Positions 63,306 to 64,000 of a stretch of DNA of 64,000 nucleotides are shown piece by piece (positions within the stretch are counted from its first letter, which is position 1; every line of letters begins with the position of its first letter). A program made the translations under genes and the position numbers. The notes under the pieces are model-generated. The model did not search any database and had not been told where the DNA came from. It worked only from the letters and a program-made list of their open reading frames with translations. Source of the DNA: Pseudogymnoascus verrucosus (lineage: Eukaryota); the NCBI GenBank assembly GCA_001662655.1, contig KV460248.1; one strand, written 5' to 3'.

Positions 63306-64000
63306 TCACATCCTCCTGATCGGCTGCCTAGTCCTCACAAGGAAAGGACTTGGCATCTCGTCGCGCTCCGGATCCCATGAGGCAGCTTCTCGTTGCGCCA
63401 TACGATCAGCAAAGGCGCGTTTCGACTTTGGCGAGTTCTCATCGACGATAACATTATCATTAATATCCAACTGACGACCACCAGCTCGTGCCTGCGCGAG
63501 TTCGACCAGAGTGCGCCCTTTCGGAGGCAGGTTGACCTTCATAGCCATGTTGTTCTTTATGGCGAATTTATTAAGTTCTGATGGGTCGGTGCTTGTTGCG
63601 GTTTTCCTTGTGAGGCTTGGCTTCCGGGTGGGTGATGAGCCAAGATCCGCAGCATGGAGGTTTGAGGAGGAAGGGATTTTGGAGAGGCGTCGGTTTGGTG
63701 ATGTGCTTCGCTCCTTCAAGGCGCCACTGCTTGAGGCAGGTCGGAGACCAAGATTATTGCCTTGAGTTGGCAGGGATGGCGCCGTAATTCCTCTCGCAGC
63801 TCCATTCAGATTCGACATGTTTGAGATCCGTGGCATAGGCGCTGTTCTCTGTGCTAGTAGGGCAGGGCGTGCACTCGATGGCTTAAATGGGTTCGCCGAA
63901 GATTGTCTGGTCGGCGATGGGATCGGAGGCATGTCATCCTCATCTTCAGAATCAGATGTCATCAGGGTTGCCTGCCATCTATCACGCGGGTTTCCACCTT
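63306..64000 (-). CDS. nimA: 3' end of a NIMA-type G2/M protein kinase; the gene continues beyond the window
   Basis: The frame is open to the window edge. GRTLVELAQARAGG and WDPERDEMPSPFL match my recollection of the NimA/Nim-1 C-terminal tail. The kinase domain is not in the window. Confidence 0.75.
   Translation of the reverse strand, partial: GGNPRDRWQATLMTSDSEDEDDMPPIPSPTRQSSANPFKPSSARPALLAQRTAPMPRISNMSNLNGAARGITAPSLPTQGNNLGLRPASSSGALKERSTSPNRRLSKIPSSSNLHAADLGSSPTRKPSLTRKTATSTDPSELNKFAIKNNMAMKVNLPPKGRTLVELAQARAGGRQLDINDNVIVDENSPKSKRAFADRMAQREAASWDPERDEMPSPFLVRTRQPIRRM

Overview
Intron-rich eukaryotic DNA from a filamentous ascomycete (Pezizomycotina, possibly Leotiomycetes; the taxon is inferred from protein style and short GT-AG introns with CTRAC branch sites). 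Positions 1-8779 carry no credible gene and lie upstream of a Zn2Cys6 transcription factor. The remaining ~55 kb holds 22 more, mostly housekeeping, genes: UBP6, ARC19, a qRRM-like protein, TYW3, LSM7, a C-terminal C6 protein, LEU4, KAP95, a YBR137W-like protein, ALO1, a ferric reductase, MIC19, a 94-aa microprotein, PAN3, a UBX protein, a VHS/GAT protein, OSH1/2, ATP12, an Asn-rich protein, TES1, EFR3 and the 3' end of nimA. I found no rRNA, tRNA, CRISPR array or intact transposon. Most notable observations: (1) a 2.2-kb stretch with no ATG on the sense strand directly upstream of the C6 factor; (2) an ALO1 oxidase fused in-frame to a 514-residue Pro/Gly-free A/E/K/Q helical repeat; (3) a spliced microprotein, missed by the ORF track, head-to-head with MIC19; (4) a hairpin-rich LSM7 intron; (5) a GC-AG intron in UBP6; (6) a composite repeat array upstream of the ferric reductase. 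Gene identities come from motif recognition, not database searches.
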